Positions 17,279-27,526 of a DNA stretch of 64,000 nt are shown here, in pieces (position 1 is the first letter of the stretch; the number at the start of each line of letters is the position of its first letter). The position numbers and the translations under genes are program-made. The DNA lies in assembly GCA_049512315.1 (NCBI GenBank), contig JBEKXF010000005.1:62001-126000 (forward strand). Direction: 5' to 3'. Under the pieces are notes generated by a model that was not told the origin of the DNA, searched no databases, and was given only the letters and a program-made list of their open reading frames with translations. This stretch comes from Candidatus Aminicenantales bacterium. Lineage in GTDB: Bacteria; Acidobacteriota; Aminicenantia; Aminicenantales; Saccharicenantaceae.

Positions 17279-19984
17279 TCAGAATTGGAGTTCGAGCGCG
17301 AGCGGCTCGCCGGGCTTCACGACGACGGGTTTGCCCCACAGGACACGGACGACGCTCCCCACCTTCTTGAAGGAAGGTTTCGTGCCCGTATTCCCGAGTG
17401 TTCCTCGGAGCGATTTTACTTTAATGGCTTGGAGCGACGCCGGAGCCGTGAAGACGAATTCTCTCAAGGTCAGCCCGCCGGACTCAACCTCGACTTTCAG
17501 CTCGGCCGCTTTCCCGTCCGAAATCTTCTGGACGTAGGTCCCCCAACCCGGGCCGGCCGTCCAGACGGTCCGGAAATCTTCGGCAGCGACCTTTGGGTCG
17601 AATCCCATTTTCATATCGGGCCCCGAATACGAGAAGCCGCTGAGGGCAAGGAGAACGCCCCAGGACGACATGGCCCGGGCGTAGTGGTGGCCACATTCGA
17701 CCTCGTCCCACGGATTGCGACGGCGGCCGTCGTACCTGTCGCGGGCGGCCTTGACGACGCTCAGGCCCTCCTCGACAAGCCCTTCGTAGATCAGGTGGGA
17801 GGCTACCTGGTACTCGATGCCCGTCCAGACCTCGTCCGAATAGGGGAACGGCAGGGGCGGCCGTCCGCCCTTGGGCCAGGAGCAGAGAAGCAGGCCTTTC
17901 TCATCGGCCAGGGCATAGGTTCTCTGGACGTTCGAGAAATTCCGGAAGTCGGGCCTGAAATTGTACTTGTAGATGGCGCCGAGGGCCGACCGGATACGCT
18001 CCTGGGGCAGGTAGCGCCCGAGCCCCGAAACCATGCCCAGCCATTGGCCGAGGAGCTGGTCGGAGAGGCAGCCCTCGCCGTACTGGTATTTCTTCTCCAT
18101 GACTTTGTCGTAGTTCTGGACGTAGTACTCGCCGTTCCAGAGGGCCGCATCGTAGTTGCCGCGGCCTTTCTCGTAGAGGGCTCGATAGGCCTTCGCCGCG
18201 GGCCAGTCGGTCACGGCCACGGCCATTTCCGTCGCGGCCTTGAGCGCGCCGAGGTAAAAGCCGCCGATCATGCTGTTCGGGCCGTAGAATTCGATGTCGT
18301 AGGTGTTGTGCTGCTCGCCCTCCATGAGGCCGTCCTTGTTCGCGTCCCAGGACGTCCAGGCATATTCCATGGCTTTCCTGGCCTGGGGCCAGAGCTTTTT
18401 CAGCCAGGCGGTATCGCCCGAGACCTGCCAGTCCCGGTAGAGGCTGATGATCCGGCCCATCTGACCGTCCGCGGCCGGCTTGAAGTTCCAGAAGACGCCG
18501 CTCCCGAGCGGCAGCGACGTCCGGAACGTCATGGCGCCGTCGGGCTTAACGTTGTTGAGGAAGTCGGTCTCGCGCATCGACCGCTCGAGCGACGGGAAGA
18601 GGAAGGCCAGCGATTGCGCGTAGTTCCAGACGTGGGCGCAGTTGAGAGGGCAGCAACCCGTCTGGTCGCCGCAGCCTTCGAAGCCGAAGAACTTTCCGCC
18701 CTCGAGCCAGAGACAGGTCGGGGTGCGGATGATGGCCGCCTGGCTCGAGACCGCGTCGAGGACGTAGGGCGGCAAGGTCGAGGCGAAGAGCGCGTCGTGG
18801 AAACGGCGGCTGTCCTTTTCCAGCCGGTCCAGGTTCGCCTGGAGGTACTCGGCGGCCTCCCAAGAGTCCTTGAACCGCTCGGCGTAGTGGTTTTTAAAGA
18901 TCCGGCCGCGCTGCTCGGGAACGACATCGAAATAATCCAGGAAATTGGGGAAGCTCCAGGAGAGGATGAAGGGCAGCCTGACCTCTTCGCCCGGGCCGAT
19001 CGAGGCGACGAGCCCGAGCGTCCCAACGTCGGATTGCTTGTCGGGGGACGGCGAGACCTCGGCCAGGTCCTTGAGCCGGCCGTCGGCCGCGAAATCGTCC
19101 CAAAAGATCTGGAGGTCGTCCCACCACTCGCCCCGCACCCAGTGCGTGAGATAAGTGATGTCGCTCCAGGGCGTCGCGAGGGACATCGTGCCGGAGGCGG
19201 GAGATTCCGGTTTCACTTTGTTCGAGGACATGGACAGCCCGCGGAGGGCCGCCGTCTTCTTGAGCTCGTTCACGTTCTGCCCGAACTTGTCGTTCCCGAG
19301 GCCGCCGATCTGTCCCTCGGCGTCGTAGCCGATGGGGTTGAGGATGGAGCCGGCGATGGTGATCCGGGCGGGCGATGGTCCCGTGTTCTTGACCTTGAAC
19401 CTCAGCACGGCGGCCGGGATGCCGGAGTCTTCCGCCTCGAGCGGGATGAACGGGTTGAAGGCCTCGAGCGTGACGGCCAGCGGGATCTGGCTGTCGGAAA
19501 GCTCGACCTCGGCGAAAGGGTATTCTCCTTTGAACCGGGCTTTTTCCATCCTCGGCAGGCCGGGGACGTCCTCGCGGCGGAAGCCGAAGCCCGTCGTGAA
19601 CGGTGGCTCGAGCGGGCCTTCCAGGACGCGGACGAGCTTCCTCCCGTCCTGCTCGAAATAGAGGGCGAAAAAGGTGAACGGGAGGTTGACGCCCTTGCCG
19701 GGCCGATTGAAGATCTCCCAGTCGCGGAGGTTGCCGCGGCCGCCGAGGGACACCGTCCCGGTGCCGATGCCGCCGAGGGGAAAGGCGACTTCCTTGAGCG
19801 CGGCGCCCTCGAAGACGCGCTGCGCCCCCAACCCGAGGAGCTCGGCGCTCGTGTCGGCCGGAGCGGCCGTTTTCTGCCGGGAGCCCGCTTCACCGGCCAT
19901 GATCGAGACGGACGGGGCGAGCCCGGAGGAGAACACGAATCCCAGGAAAAATAGGCTATGAAGAATGCGGTTTTTGTTCGTCAT
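17279..19984 (-). CDS. GH116 beta-glucosidase / non-lysosomal glucosylceramidase, secreted
   Basis: FPLGGIGTG, FFGFEG, HVWNY, HNTYD, SDQL.GQW, EVWTGIEY, ECGHHYARAMSSW. Confidence 0.92.
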   Translation of the reverse strand: MTNKNRILHSLFFLGFVFSSGLAPSVSIMAGEAGSRQKTAAPADTSAELLGLGAQRVFEGAALKEVAFPLGGIGTGTVSLGGRGNLRDWEIFNRPGKGVNLPFTFFALYFEQDGRKLVRVLEGPLEPPFTTGFGFRREDVPGLPRMEKARFKGEYPFAEVELSDSQIPLAVTLEAFNPFIPLEAEDSGIPAAVLRFKVKNTGPSPARITIAGSILNPIGYDAEGQIGGLGNDKFGQNVNELKKTAALRGLSMSSNKVKPESPASGTMSLATPWSDITYLTHWVRGEWWDDLQIFWDDFAADGRLKDLAEVSPSPDKQSDVGTLGLVASIGPGEEVRLPFILSWSFPNFLDYFDVVPEQRGRIFKNHYAERFKDSWEAAEYLQANLDRLEKDSRRFHDALFASTLPPYVLDAVSSQAAIIRTPTCLWLEGGKFFGFEGCGDQTGCCPLNCAHVWNYAQSLAFLFPSLERSMRETDFLNNVKPDGAMTFRTSLPLGSGVFWNFKPAADGQMGRIISLYRDWQVSGDTAWLKKLWPQARKAMEYAWTSWDANKDGLMEGEQHNTYDIEFYGPNSMIGGFYLGALKAATEMAVAVTDWPAAKAYRALYEKGRGNYDAALWNGEYYVQNYDKVMEKKYQYGEGCLSDQLLGQWLGMVSGLGRYLPQERIRSALGAIYKYNFRPDFRNFSNVQRTYALADEKGLLLCSWPKGGRPPLPFPYSDEVWTGIEYQVASHLIYEGLVEEGLSVVKAARDRYDGRRRNPWDEVECGHHYARAMSSWGVLLALSGFSYSGPDMKMGFDPKVAAEDFRTVWTAGPGWGTYVQKISDGKAAELKVEVESGGLTLREFVFTAPASLQAIKVKSLRGTLGNTGTKPSFKKVGSVVRVLWGKPVVVKPGEPLALELQF

Positions 19985-20053
19985 GTCAGGCCCTCCCCCG
20001 AAAATGAAATCCGATCCATTTCGCCCCTGTTCTATCGGATTGAAATCCGAATG

Positions 20054-20536
20054 TCAATCACCCGCACGGGGTGTCCGCCGCCGCTTCAGAATCGCCTCGA
20101 TTTTGCGTCCCATATCGCCGTAGTGCGTCCCCTGCCAGTAGACGCGGTCACAGCCGGGACAGAGAGCGAAGGATTCGGCGTGCTCCAGGACATAGGGGGT
20201 CACCAGGTTCTTGGCCCGGGATCTGGGCAAGGACTTGAGGGTCCTGTTGCATTCGAGGCAACGGGAATTGGGCCGGATGTCGTCCCAGAGCGCGAATTCG
20301 TCCAGGACCTGGACGAGCTGCTCTTCCCAATCGTCGCTGATCACGAAAAACCGGCTTTTCTGCCTCTTCGTTCTTTCGATGAGTCCGGTATCTCGGGTCA
20401 AAAGGACGCGGCCCTCCCGGCGTGAGATGTCGATGAGGTCCTTGTCCTCGGCCTTGGGAAAAAAGAGGACATCGAAACCCAGGATTTTGAGCCACTTGGC
20501 CAGCCGACCGAGCATGCAGTCGGCAACGAATTTCAT
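20054..20536 (-). CDS. Mut7-C RNase domain protein
   Basis: FVADCMLGRLAKWL..LG.D, LLTRD, RC..CN, C..C.RVYW.G.H. Confidence 0.92.
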   Translation of the reverse strand: MKFVADCMLGRLAKWLKILGFDVLFFPKAEDKDLIDISRREGRVLLTRDTGLIERTKRQKSRFFVISDDWEEQLVQVLDEFALWDDIRPNSRCLECNRTLKSLPRSRAKNLVTPYVLEHAESFALCPGCDRVYWQGTHYGDMGRKIEAILKRRRTPRAGD

Positions 20537-20563
20537 CTGGCTTCCCCCTTGGGGCGGGCTCCC

Positions 20564-21313
20564 TTACAGCCCGAGGAGCCGAACGCCCAGCCCGGAGGCG
20601 AAGATCATCAGGCCGGCCAGGGCGTGGGAATAGCGCTCGAGCTTGCCCACCCGGACGAAGCTCGCGCCCCAAGAGGCGGCGGTGATGATGACGAGCATGG
20701 CCGCGATGGTCACGAGCCCGAAGGCCGCGGTGACCAGGACGACACCTGCCGTGCTATGCCGAGCCGCCGGGTACATGACCAGCGGGATCAGCGGCTCACA
20801 GGGGCCGAAGACGAAGATCGTGAATAGGACCCACGGCGTGATATTGGCCTTTTTCTCTTCGCCGTGGAGATGGATGTGGTCCGGATCGGCATGGGTATGG
20901 AGATGTTCATGGGCACCTTCCCGGCCCGGAGCTTGTTCATGCGCGTCAAGATCCCCGTGGATGTGGGCGTGAGAGTGAGGTTTATTCTTCCGGGCCCGCC
21001 TCATCCCCCAGACGAAATAGGCGAACCCGAAGCCGATGAGGAGCCAGACCGCGACTTCGCCGCGCGCCGACTCCAAGCCCTCGAGCCTGGCCACGGCGAT
21101 GCCCAGGGCGATGCCCAGGAAACCGAGGACGACCGAGCTCAGGATGTGCCCCAACCCGGCTAGGAAGGACACGAACAGGGTCTTGCGGAGCGTCCAGCGC
21201 CGGGCCCGGCTGATGACGATGAACGGGAGATAGTGGTCGGGGCCGATCACGGTATGGACGAGGCCGATCGAGGCCGCCGTCCCGGCCAGGACCCAGATTT
21301 CGCGGGCGATCAT
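20564..21313 (-). CDS. His-rich Ni/Co transporter-like membrane protein (UreH/RcnA-like)
   Basis: HT..GPDH, GLGH..SS, His-rich loop, GPCEP. Confidence 0.8.
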   Translation of the reverse strand: MIAREIWVLAGTAASIGLVHTVIGPDHYLPFIVISRARRWTLRKTLFVSFLAGLGHILSSVVLGFLGIALGIAVARLEGLESARGEVAVWLLIGFGFAYFVWGMRRARKNKPHSHAHIHGDLDAHEQAPGREGAHEHLHTHADPDHIHLHGEEKKANITPWVLFTIFVFGPCEPLIPLVMYPAARHSTAGVVLVTAAFGLVTIAAMLVIITAASWGASFVRVGKLERYSHALAGLMIFASGLGVRLLGL

Positions 21314-21367
21314 CTCTTCTCATCTCCGCCCCGGAGGACCGAGGCCCGCTTCCCGGGGACAAAAAAA

Positions 21368-21443
21368 TGGTGGACGGTAGGAGACTCGAACTCCCGACCT
21401 CAGCGTTGCGAACGCCGCGCTCTCCCAACTGAGCTAACCGCCC
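21368..21443 (-). tRNA. tRNA-Ala (anticodon CGC)
   Basis: 76-nt cloverleaf GGGCGGTTAGCTCAG...TTCGCAA...GTTCGAG...CCACCA with a G3-U70 pair and encoded CCA. Confidence 0.97.
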
Positions 21444-21560
21444 ACGTCGGACATCAAGCACGAAGGGAACTCTATTTGTACCATTTTTCCTGGTTTTTTT
21501 CCACGGCAGCTCATTGAACGGGGCCCGGCTTTGGCCTAGAATGAGGCCGAGGAGGGCATC

Positions 21561-21890
21561 ATGGGCAAGGCATTCCTGGTCATCCTTCTCATCGCCGTGG
21601 CCGCCTTTTTCTTCTACAAGCAAACCCACAAGCCGCTCTCGGAAGAAGAGCTCAAGGTCAAGGCGGTCGAGGAGCGCTTCCTCTCGGCTTCCGCCAAATT
21701 CATGGGGGCAGCGGCCGGCGGTGTCGCTGTCGGGCTGGATGTGGCGGAAGCCGCCGCCATCCGGGTCCAGAAAACCCGCGATGAGCTGGCCCGCCTTACG
21801 GGCACGCTGACCGAAGACAAGGCGATCCTTAAGGCGGAAGAGCTCCGGGCCAAGATTGACGAGTTCGTCCGCAAGAACGATATCAAGTGA
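21561..21890 (+). CDS. Hypothetical protein with an N-terminal membrane anchor and helical body
   Basis: GGAGGG SD, hydrophobic N-terminus, GTGA overlap with the next gene. Confidence 0.7.
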   Translation: MGKAFLVILLIAVAAFFFYKQTHKPLSEEELKVKAVEERFLSASAKFMGAAAGGVAVGLDVAEAAAIRVQKTRDELARLTGTLTEDKAILKAEELRAKIDEFVRKNDIK

Positions 21891-23530
21891 GGAGCTCGTT
21901 CGGCGTGCAACTCTTCGGAAAGCCGGTTCGGATGGGGCGCTCGGTCAGGCGCCTGGGGAAAGCACGCCTCGAGGTCGCCGTGGAAAAGACCCCCGGCGGC
22001 TTCATCGTCCGCGGGACGGTCGCGGGCCGCCCCGGTCGCGTCGAAGTCCTGCGCCTCCCCGTCCCCGAGACCTTCCTCATGAACAACTGGCAGTCCTGGG
22101 GCCCCACGCAAAAGGCGACGCCCGCGGACACGTTCCCCGAGCTCGGGCCGATCCAGGCCACGAATCCTTATGGCTTCTCGCCGCTCCTCGGAGAGCTCCT
22201 GCCGCGCGTTTGGAGCGACTATTTCATCGCCTGGGAGGGCGCCGTCCTCGGGTTCCTGACATCCAAGATCGCCCATCCCTTTTTCCTCGTCGAAGGCGCC
22301 GAGCTCGTCGGCTACCTGGAATATTTCGACGCCGACTTCGACGACCCCGTGCCGCTCGAGCCCCTAGCGATCCTACGCGGCGGCGCGGTCGAAGACCTGT
22401 TGGACGTTTATGGGTCTCTCATCAAGAAGGAGAACCGGGTCCGGATCAACCCCTGGAATCCCGTCGGCTGGTGCAGCTGGTACCAATATTTCGGCAGCCT
22501 CACTTGGGATGATGTGGTCCGGAATATCGAAACAGCCCGCAGTCACAAGAAATCTTTTCCCTTCGAGGTCTTCCAGGTCGATGACGGGTACGAGCGCGAC
22601 ATCGGCGACTGGTTGAAGGCCAAGCCGGATTATCCGGCCCTGGACGGTCTGGCCCGCGCCATCACCCGCAACGGGTTCCGGGCCGGGATCTGGACCGCTC
22701 CCTTCAGCGCGGCAGAAACCTCGGACGTCATCGCCAACCACCCCGGCTGGATGCTGGCCGAGGACGGCCGGCCCAAGCCCTGCCACTGGAGCTGGAACAA
22801 GACGATCCATGCCCTGGACCTGACCCAGCCCGCCGTCCAGGCCCACGTCTTCGACCTTTTTGTCACTCTGAAGAAGGCCGGGTTCGACTACTTCAAGATC
22901 GACTTCCTGTTCGGCGCGGCCATGCCGAGCGATCGCCGGAAAAACGTGACACCAATTCAGGCCTACCGGGAAGGTCTCCGCATCATCAGGAAGGCCGTCG
23001 GAACGAGCTTCGTCCTTGGCTGCGGCGCGCCGCTTTTGCCCTCGGTCGGTTTGGTCGACGGGATGAGGATCGGCGAGGACACGGCCCCCTATTGGAAGAC
23101 GAAGTCATCCGCCTTCCAGGGCCCGAACGCCTATTTCGCCCTCAAAAACGCGCTCCTCCGCCAATTCATGCACAGGAAATTTTGGCTCAACGATCCGGAC
23201 TGCGTCCTCCTCAGGGACCGCGAGATCGAGCTCAGCCGAAACGAGCGCGAGCTCTACGCCCTGGCGTGCGGCGCCCTGGACAACATGATTATCGACAGTG
23301 ACAATCTGTCCCTGGTTGGGGAAGAGGGAAAGAGCCTGTTCAGGCGGTCTCTCGGGCTCAGGGGAGGGAAAAGCCGGGTCCTGGGGCTTCTCGGGGACGA
23401 GCTCTATCTCATTGAGTCCAGGGGCGGCCCGGCCGGAGATTTCACCCTGGGGGTCAACTTATCGGACAGCCCGGCGAAGATCAGGGGGAACGCGGTGGCG
23501 GCGCGGTCAGGGGCATTTATCAGTTGCTGA
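21887..23530 (+). CDS. GH36 alpha-galactosidase
   Basis: NNWQSW, GWCSWY, QVDDG, YFKIDFL, MRIGED, NDPDC. Confidence 0.9.
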   Translation: MRSSFGVQLFGKPVRMGRSVRRLGKARLEVAVEKTPGGFIVRGTVAGRPGRVEVLRLPVPETFLMNNWQSWGPTQKATPADTFPELGPIQATNPYGFSPLLGELLPRVWSDYFIAWEGAVLGFLTSKIAHPFFLVEGAELVGYLEYFDADFDDPVPLEPLAILRGGAVEDLLDVYGSLIKKENRVRINPWNPVGWCSWYQYFGSLTWDDVVRNIETARSHKKSFPFEVFQVDDGYERDIGDWLKAKPDYPALDGLARAITRNGFRAGIWTAPFSAAETSDVIANHPGWMLAEDGRPKPCHWSWNKTIHALDLTQPAVQAHVFDLFVTLKKAGFDYFKIDFLFGAAMPSDRRKNVTPIQAYREGLRIIRKAVGTSFVLGCGAPLLPSVGLVDGMRIGEDTAPYWKTKSSAFQGPNAYFALKNALLRQFMHRKFWLNDPDCVLLRDREIELSRNERELYALACGALDNMIIDSDNLSLVGEEGKSLFRRSLGLRGGKSRVLGLLGDELYLIESRGGPAGDFTLGVNLSDSPAKIRGNAVAARSGAFISC

Positions 23531-23680
23531 TTATATAGAAAGCCCCCTCCTGCTCTATTCCCACCTGATTGGTTCCTTTGGGCCTCGCCTTTTTGATCCC
23601 CGACAACAACAAAATACGTCAATCCCCCCTGATGTCAATAGCTCGGCCCCGGATGTCTGATGATGTCAGATAATGTCACG

Positions 23681-24682
23681 TCAGAGGATGGCGACTCCGC
23701 GCTTTCCCCGGACGATATCGCCGATTAGCCAGGCCTTCTGCCCCAGCCGGGCAAAGAGGGAGAGGGCCTTATCCGCATACCGCGGAGAGACCACCAGGGC
23801 CATGCCGATCCCCATGTTGAGGGTCCGGAACATCTCCCGCTCGCTGACGTGTCCTTTCGCAGCGATCTTACGGAATATGGCCGGGATGGGCCAGGCGCCT
23901 TTCTCGATCCGGACCGCCAGCCCCTCGGGGATGACCCGGGGAATGTTGTCATAGAAGCCGCCGCCCGTGATGTGGGCCATGGACTTGATGGGTACGGTTT
24001 CGAGGACCTTGAGAATAATGGATGAGTAGATCTTGGTCGGCCGGAGGAGCTCTTTCCCCATGCCGCTTCTAAGCTCTCTCTCGGAGAAGGCCTTCCGGGC
24101 AAGCGAATAGCCGTTGCTGTGGAGTCCGGACGAGGCGAGCCCGATGACGACGTCCCCGGCCCGGCAGGCCCGTCCGTCGATCATCTTCGCTTCGTCGACG
24201 ATCCCGACCGAGAAGCCTGCCAGGTCCCACTTGCCCGGGGCGTACAGGCCCGGGAGCTCGGCCGTCTCCCCGCCGAGGAGCGTGCAGCGGGCCTCCCGGC
24301 AGCCCCTGGCGATCCCCTTGAGGACCTCGTAGAGCACCCGGGGCCTGACCTTTCCGACGGCGATATAGTCCAGGAAGAACAGGGGCTCAGCGCCGAGGAC
24401 GACGACGTCGTCGACGCACATGGCCACGAGGTCGATCCCCACCGTGTCGTACTTGCCGAGCATGTCGGCGATCATGAGCTTGGTCCCCACGCCGTCCGTC
24501 GAGGAGACGAGGACCGGCCTTTTCAGGCCCGCGATCCGCGGCCGGAAAAGCCCGCTGAAGCCGCCGATCGTGCCCAGCACCTCCGGGCGCTCGGTCGACC
24601 GGACCAGGGGCTTGATCATCCGGATGAATCGGTCGGCCGCGTCGATGTTGACTCCGGCCTTTGCGTACGTCAGTCTCGTCAT
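23681..24682 (-). CDS. purM: Phosphoribosylformylglycinamidine cyclo-ligase (AIR synthetase)
   Basis: TDGVGTK, GGETAELPG, SSGLHSNGYSL, AHITGGG, FRTLNMG. Confidence 0.97.
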   Translation of the reverse strand: MTRLTYAKAGVNIDAADRFIRMIKPLVRSTERPEVLGTIGGFSGLFRPRIAGLKRPVLVSSTDGVGTKLMIADMLGKYDTVGIDLVAMCVDDVVVLGAEPLFFLDYIAVGKVRPRVLYEVLKGIARGCREARCTLLGGETAELPGLYAPGKWDLAGFSVGIVDEAKMIDGRACRAGDVVIGLASSGLHSNGYSLARKAFSERELRSGMGKELLRPTKIYSSIILKVLETVPIKSMAHITGGGFYDNIPRVIPEGLAVRIEKGAWPIPAIFRKIAAKGHVSEREMFRTLNMGIGMALVVSPRYADKALSLFARLGQKAWLIGDIVRGKRGVAIL

Positions 24683-24774
24683 GCTGCGTTCTCCCCGGGA
24701 AATCCGCCTTTTTTATAACACCCCGTCCCGGGCAAGTCAAACCTGTGACCCATATAAAAAAGGCGGGCTTGGGT

Positions 24775-24804
24775 GTAACCTTTCCGGCGGAGGGCCGTAC
24801 ATAT
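24775..24804 (+). promoter_or_regulatory. ECF-type promoter upstream of an ECF sigma gene
   Basis: GTAAC-N16-CGTACATAT. Confidence 0.6.
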
Positions 24805-24845
24805 CCTTGAACGGTGAGAATTCGGAGCAAGAGAAGACGGGACGC

Positions 24846-25400
24846 ATGTCGCCCACAGACAACGAGCTGATGGAACAGGTCAGGGACGGCAAGGTCGAGA
24901 AGCTGGCCATCCTGTTCGAGAGGTACCAAACGATGCTCTACAACTTCTTCGTGCGGCTGACGGGCAACCGGGCGGCGAGCGAGGACCTCGTCCAGGAGGT
25001 CTTCATCCGCATCCTGAAGTACAGGGCGGGCTATCAGGGGGAGAGCCGCTTCAACGTCTGGATGTTCCAGATCGCCCGGAACGCCCACATCGATTTCCTG
25101 AGGAAGAAGAAGGGCGAACTGGCGCTCGACGACCAGTTCACCGAGGAGCCGGGCCGGGAGCCGCTCCCCGCTGAGCGTTACGAGGCCGGCCAGGAAGCCG
25201 CGCTCGTCCGCATGGCCCTGGACAAACTCCCCGTCAAAAAGCGGGAGCTTCTCGTCCTCTTCCGCTTCCAGGACCTCAAGCTCCGGGAGATCGCCGAGCT
25301 CCTCGATTGCCAAGTGGGGACCATCAAGGTCCAGGTCCACCGGGCCCTCAAGGACCTCAGCCGGATCTATCTCGAACTCCAGGGAGGGAAAGCCTCATGA
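24846..25400 (+). CDS. ECF RNA polymerase sigma factor
   Basis: SEDLVQEVF, WMFQIARN, EIAELL....GTIKVQVHRA; start set at MSPTD. Confidence 0.93.
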   Translation: MSPTDNELMEQVRDGKVEKLAILFERYQTMLYNFFVRLTGNRAASEDLVQEVFIRILKYRAGYQGESRFNVWMFQIARNAHIDFLRKKKGELALDDQFTEEPGREPLPAERYEAGQEAALVRMALDKLPVKKRELLVLFRFQDLKLREIAELLDCQVGTIKVQVHRALKDLSRIYLELQGGKAS

Positions 25401-26212
25401 GCTGCGAAAGAATCCAGGACAGATTCGCCGATTACCTGACCGGGGACCTCGACGAGGGAGCCCGGCGGGAAGTCCGGGACCATATCTCTTCCTGTGCTCC
25501 GTGCCGGGCCGAGATCGAGAACCTGACGGCGATCTGGGCCAAGCTGGGCGTCCTTCCCCAGGAACAGCCGAGCGGCGACCTCCGCCACAGATTTTATTCC
25601 ATGCTCGAGGGGTACAAGAGCGAAGTCAAAAGCGCCGGAAAGACTTCCGCCCGGGCCCGGATCTTATCGGGATGGAAAGAGTGGTTCACGTTTCGGCGGC
25701 CGGCCTTCGCCGCCGCGTTTTCGACCTTCCTCCTGCTCCTGGGCATCGGTACGGGCTGGCTCGTGAGCGGGAGCGGCGGGAAATCCGCCCGCCTCTCCTC
25801 TCTCCAAAAGGAAGTCCAGGACATGCGGCAGACGGTCGCCCTTTCCCTCCTCAGCCGGCCATCGGCCTCGGAGAGGCTCCAGGGTGTCAGCTACAGCACC
25901 GCGCTCCGGAACCCCAGCGCCAAGACCCTGACCGCCCTGGTCAACACCCTCAATACGGACCCCAATCCCAACGTCCGGCTGGCCGCCGTTGAAGCCCTCT
26001 ATCTCTTCCGGAACCAGCCCGGCGTCATGGACAGTCTCACGAGCTCGCTCGCCATCCAGAGCTCCCCGCTCGTCCAGGTCACCCTGATCGACCTCCTGGT
26101 CGAGATCCGGGAGGGGCGGGCGGCCGAGGCCCTAAAAGCCCTCATCAAGAACGAAAAGCTCCACCCCGAGGTCAAAAAGCTGGCCGAGCAGGGGATCAAG
26201 CAGCTGATATGA
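25397..26212 (+). CDS. zf-HC2 anti-sigma factor with a C-terminal HEAT-repeat domain
   Basis: HISSCAPC, TM segment, DPNPNVRLAAVEAL; ATGA overlap with the sigma gene. Confidence 0.88.
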   Translation: MSCERIQDRFADYLTGDLDEGARREVRDHISSCAPCRAEIENLTAIWAKLGVLPQEQPSGDLRHRFYSMLEGYKSEVKSAGKTSARARILSGWKEWFTFRRPAFAAAFSTFLLLLGIGTGWLVSGSGGKSARLSSLQKEVQDMRQTVALSLLSRPSASERLQGVSYSTALRNPSAKTLTALVNTLNTDPNPNVRLAAVEALYLFRNQPGVMDSLTSSLAIQSSPLVQVTLIDLLVEIREGRAAEALKALIKNEKLHPEVKKLAEQGIKQLI

Positions 26213-26313
26213 GGCGAAAGATATCATCGCGAACACGCCGAAATCGTCCCGGAAACGATGAACGGGAATATTCTCATCAAGAAAAGGACCGCCTAGCGGT
26301 CATGGAGGTAACC

Positions 26314-27369
26314 ATGAAAAAGACGATCGGACGTATGTTTGTTCTGGTCCTGCTGGCCTTCGCCGTTTCGACGGCGTTCTCCCAGCAGGCGCCAAAGGCC
26401 GAAAAGACCCCCGAACCCGAACGGGTCAGCCAACCCGACCGGGCCGTCGTGCCGCTCAGCAACCCGGCCAAGCCGGCCAAGCTCGAGGCCTCGGTCATGA
26501 GGGGCAGCATCACGGTCAGGGGCTATGATGGCAAAGAAGTCATCGCCGAAGCCCGGACCCGGGAAAAGCCGCTCGCCGAATCGCGCCTCTTCAGCCCGTA
26601 CTTCACGCAGGCTCAGAAAGGAGCCTTGGACAGACTCCAGAAAGAGGCCGAGACGGCCGGGAAGAACCCCGAGCAGCTCGCCGAGGCCCTCGCCCGGGAA
26701 ACTGATGCCATGAACGCCTGGGCCGCCCCCGCGCCCCCCGCGCCCCTCGCTCCGGGGCAGGAGACAAAGAAGGAGCGAAGCCACGAGGGCATGAAGCTCG
26801 TTACCGCCGCCCTGACGGGGCTCACGGTTGAGGAGAACAACAATACCGTCACTGTGAAGGCCGACTCTTGGAAGTACGCCGTTGACCTGACCATCCAGGT
26901 CCCCTATTCCTCTTCCCTTTCCCTGGGATCCTCAATGGGTGGCAAGATCGTCGTCGAGGACGTTTCCGGGGAAATCGAAGTCAACAGCACAAACGGCTCC
27001 GTCACCCTGCGCAACGTCTCCGGGAACGCCGTCGTCCACACCATGAACGGCGACATCGAGGCCGTGCTCTCCAAGGTTTCCGCGGACAAGCCCCTGTCCT
27101 TCAGCAACATGAACGGGGACATCGATGTCACCCTCCCGGCCGACATCAAGGCCAGCGTCAAGATGAAGTCCCAGCAGGGCAACATCTACAGCGATTTTGA
27201 TGTCGTGCTCAAGCAGCCTTCCCCGAAGGCCGAGGACGCCGAGAAAGAAGAGATGGGAAAATACCGGATCTCCTTCGACAAGGGCATCTACGGGACGATC
27301 AACGGCGGCGGGCAGGAGATCACCCTGACCACGTTCAACGGCGACATTTTCATCCGCAAGAACAAGTAA
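26314..27369 (+). CDS. DUF4097 beta-strand-repeat exported protein
   Basis: GGAGG SD, signal peptide, repeated T/N-x-NG-D/S-I/V units. Confidence 0.83.
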   Translation: MKKTIGRMFVLVLLAFAVSTAFSQQAPKAEKTPEPERVSQPDRAVVPLSNPAKPAKLEASVMRGSITVRGYDGKEVIAEARTREKPLAESRLFSPYFTQAQKGALDRLQKEAETAGKNPEQLAEALARETDAMNAWAAPAPPAPLAPGQETKKERSHEGMKLVTAALTGLTVEENNNTVTVKADSWKYAVDLTIQVPYSSSLSLGSSMGGKIVVEDVSGEIEVNSTNGSVTLRNVSGNAVVHTMNGDIEAVLSKVSADKPLSFSNMNGDIDVTLPADIKASVKMKSQQGNIYSDFDVVLKQPSPKAEDAEKEEMGKYRISFDKGIYGTINGGGQEITLTTFNGDIFIRKNK

Positions 27370-27397
27370 GGGCGACAGAGACGCCCACGTTTCACAC

Positions 27398-27425
27398 GGG
27401 CGGCCCTCTCCGGGCCGCCCTTTTT
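27398..27425 (+). terminator. Rho-independent terminator
   Basis: GGGCGGCCC-TCTCC-GGGCCGCCC-TTTTT. Confidence 0.85.
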
Positions 27426-27526
27426 ACTTCTGACGGAAAGAGCCGGACGCCAGAAGTTGACAGGCCGGAGAAGCCGTTATACCCTTCTGGTCCGTGGCCA
27501 TGAACGCCCGCTTTGGAGGAAACCTC

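Noticed and set aside
17225..19954. Very long antisense ORFs (909 aa here; also 6498-8435, 40013-42937, 45935-48592)
   Set aside because: Shadow frames opposite well-supported genes in high-GC DNA; no motifs and atypical composition
21368..21443. tRNA-Ala as the integration site of a genomic island
   Set aside because: No integrase and no duplicated tRNA 3' end seen in the window
23652..23686. Short tandem GATGTC(T/A)GAT repeat at the end of purM
   Set aside because: Only about three degenerate 11-nt units between convergent genes; no supportable function
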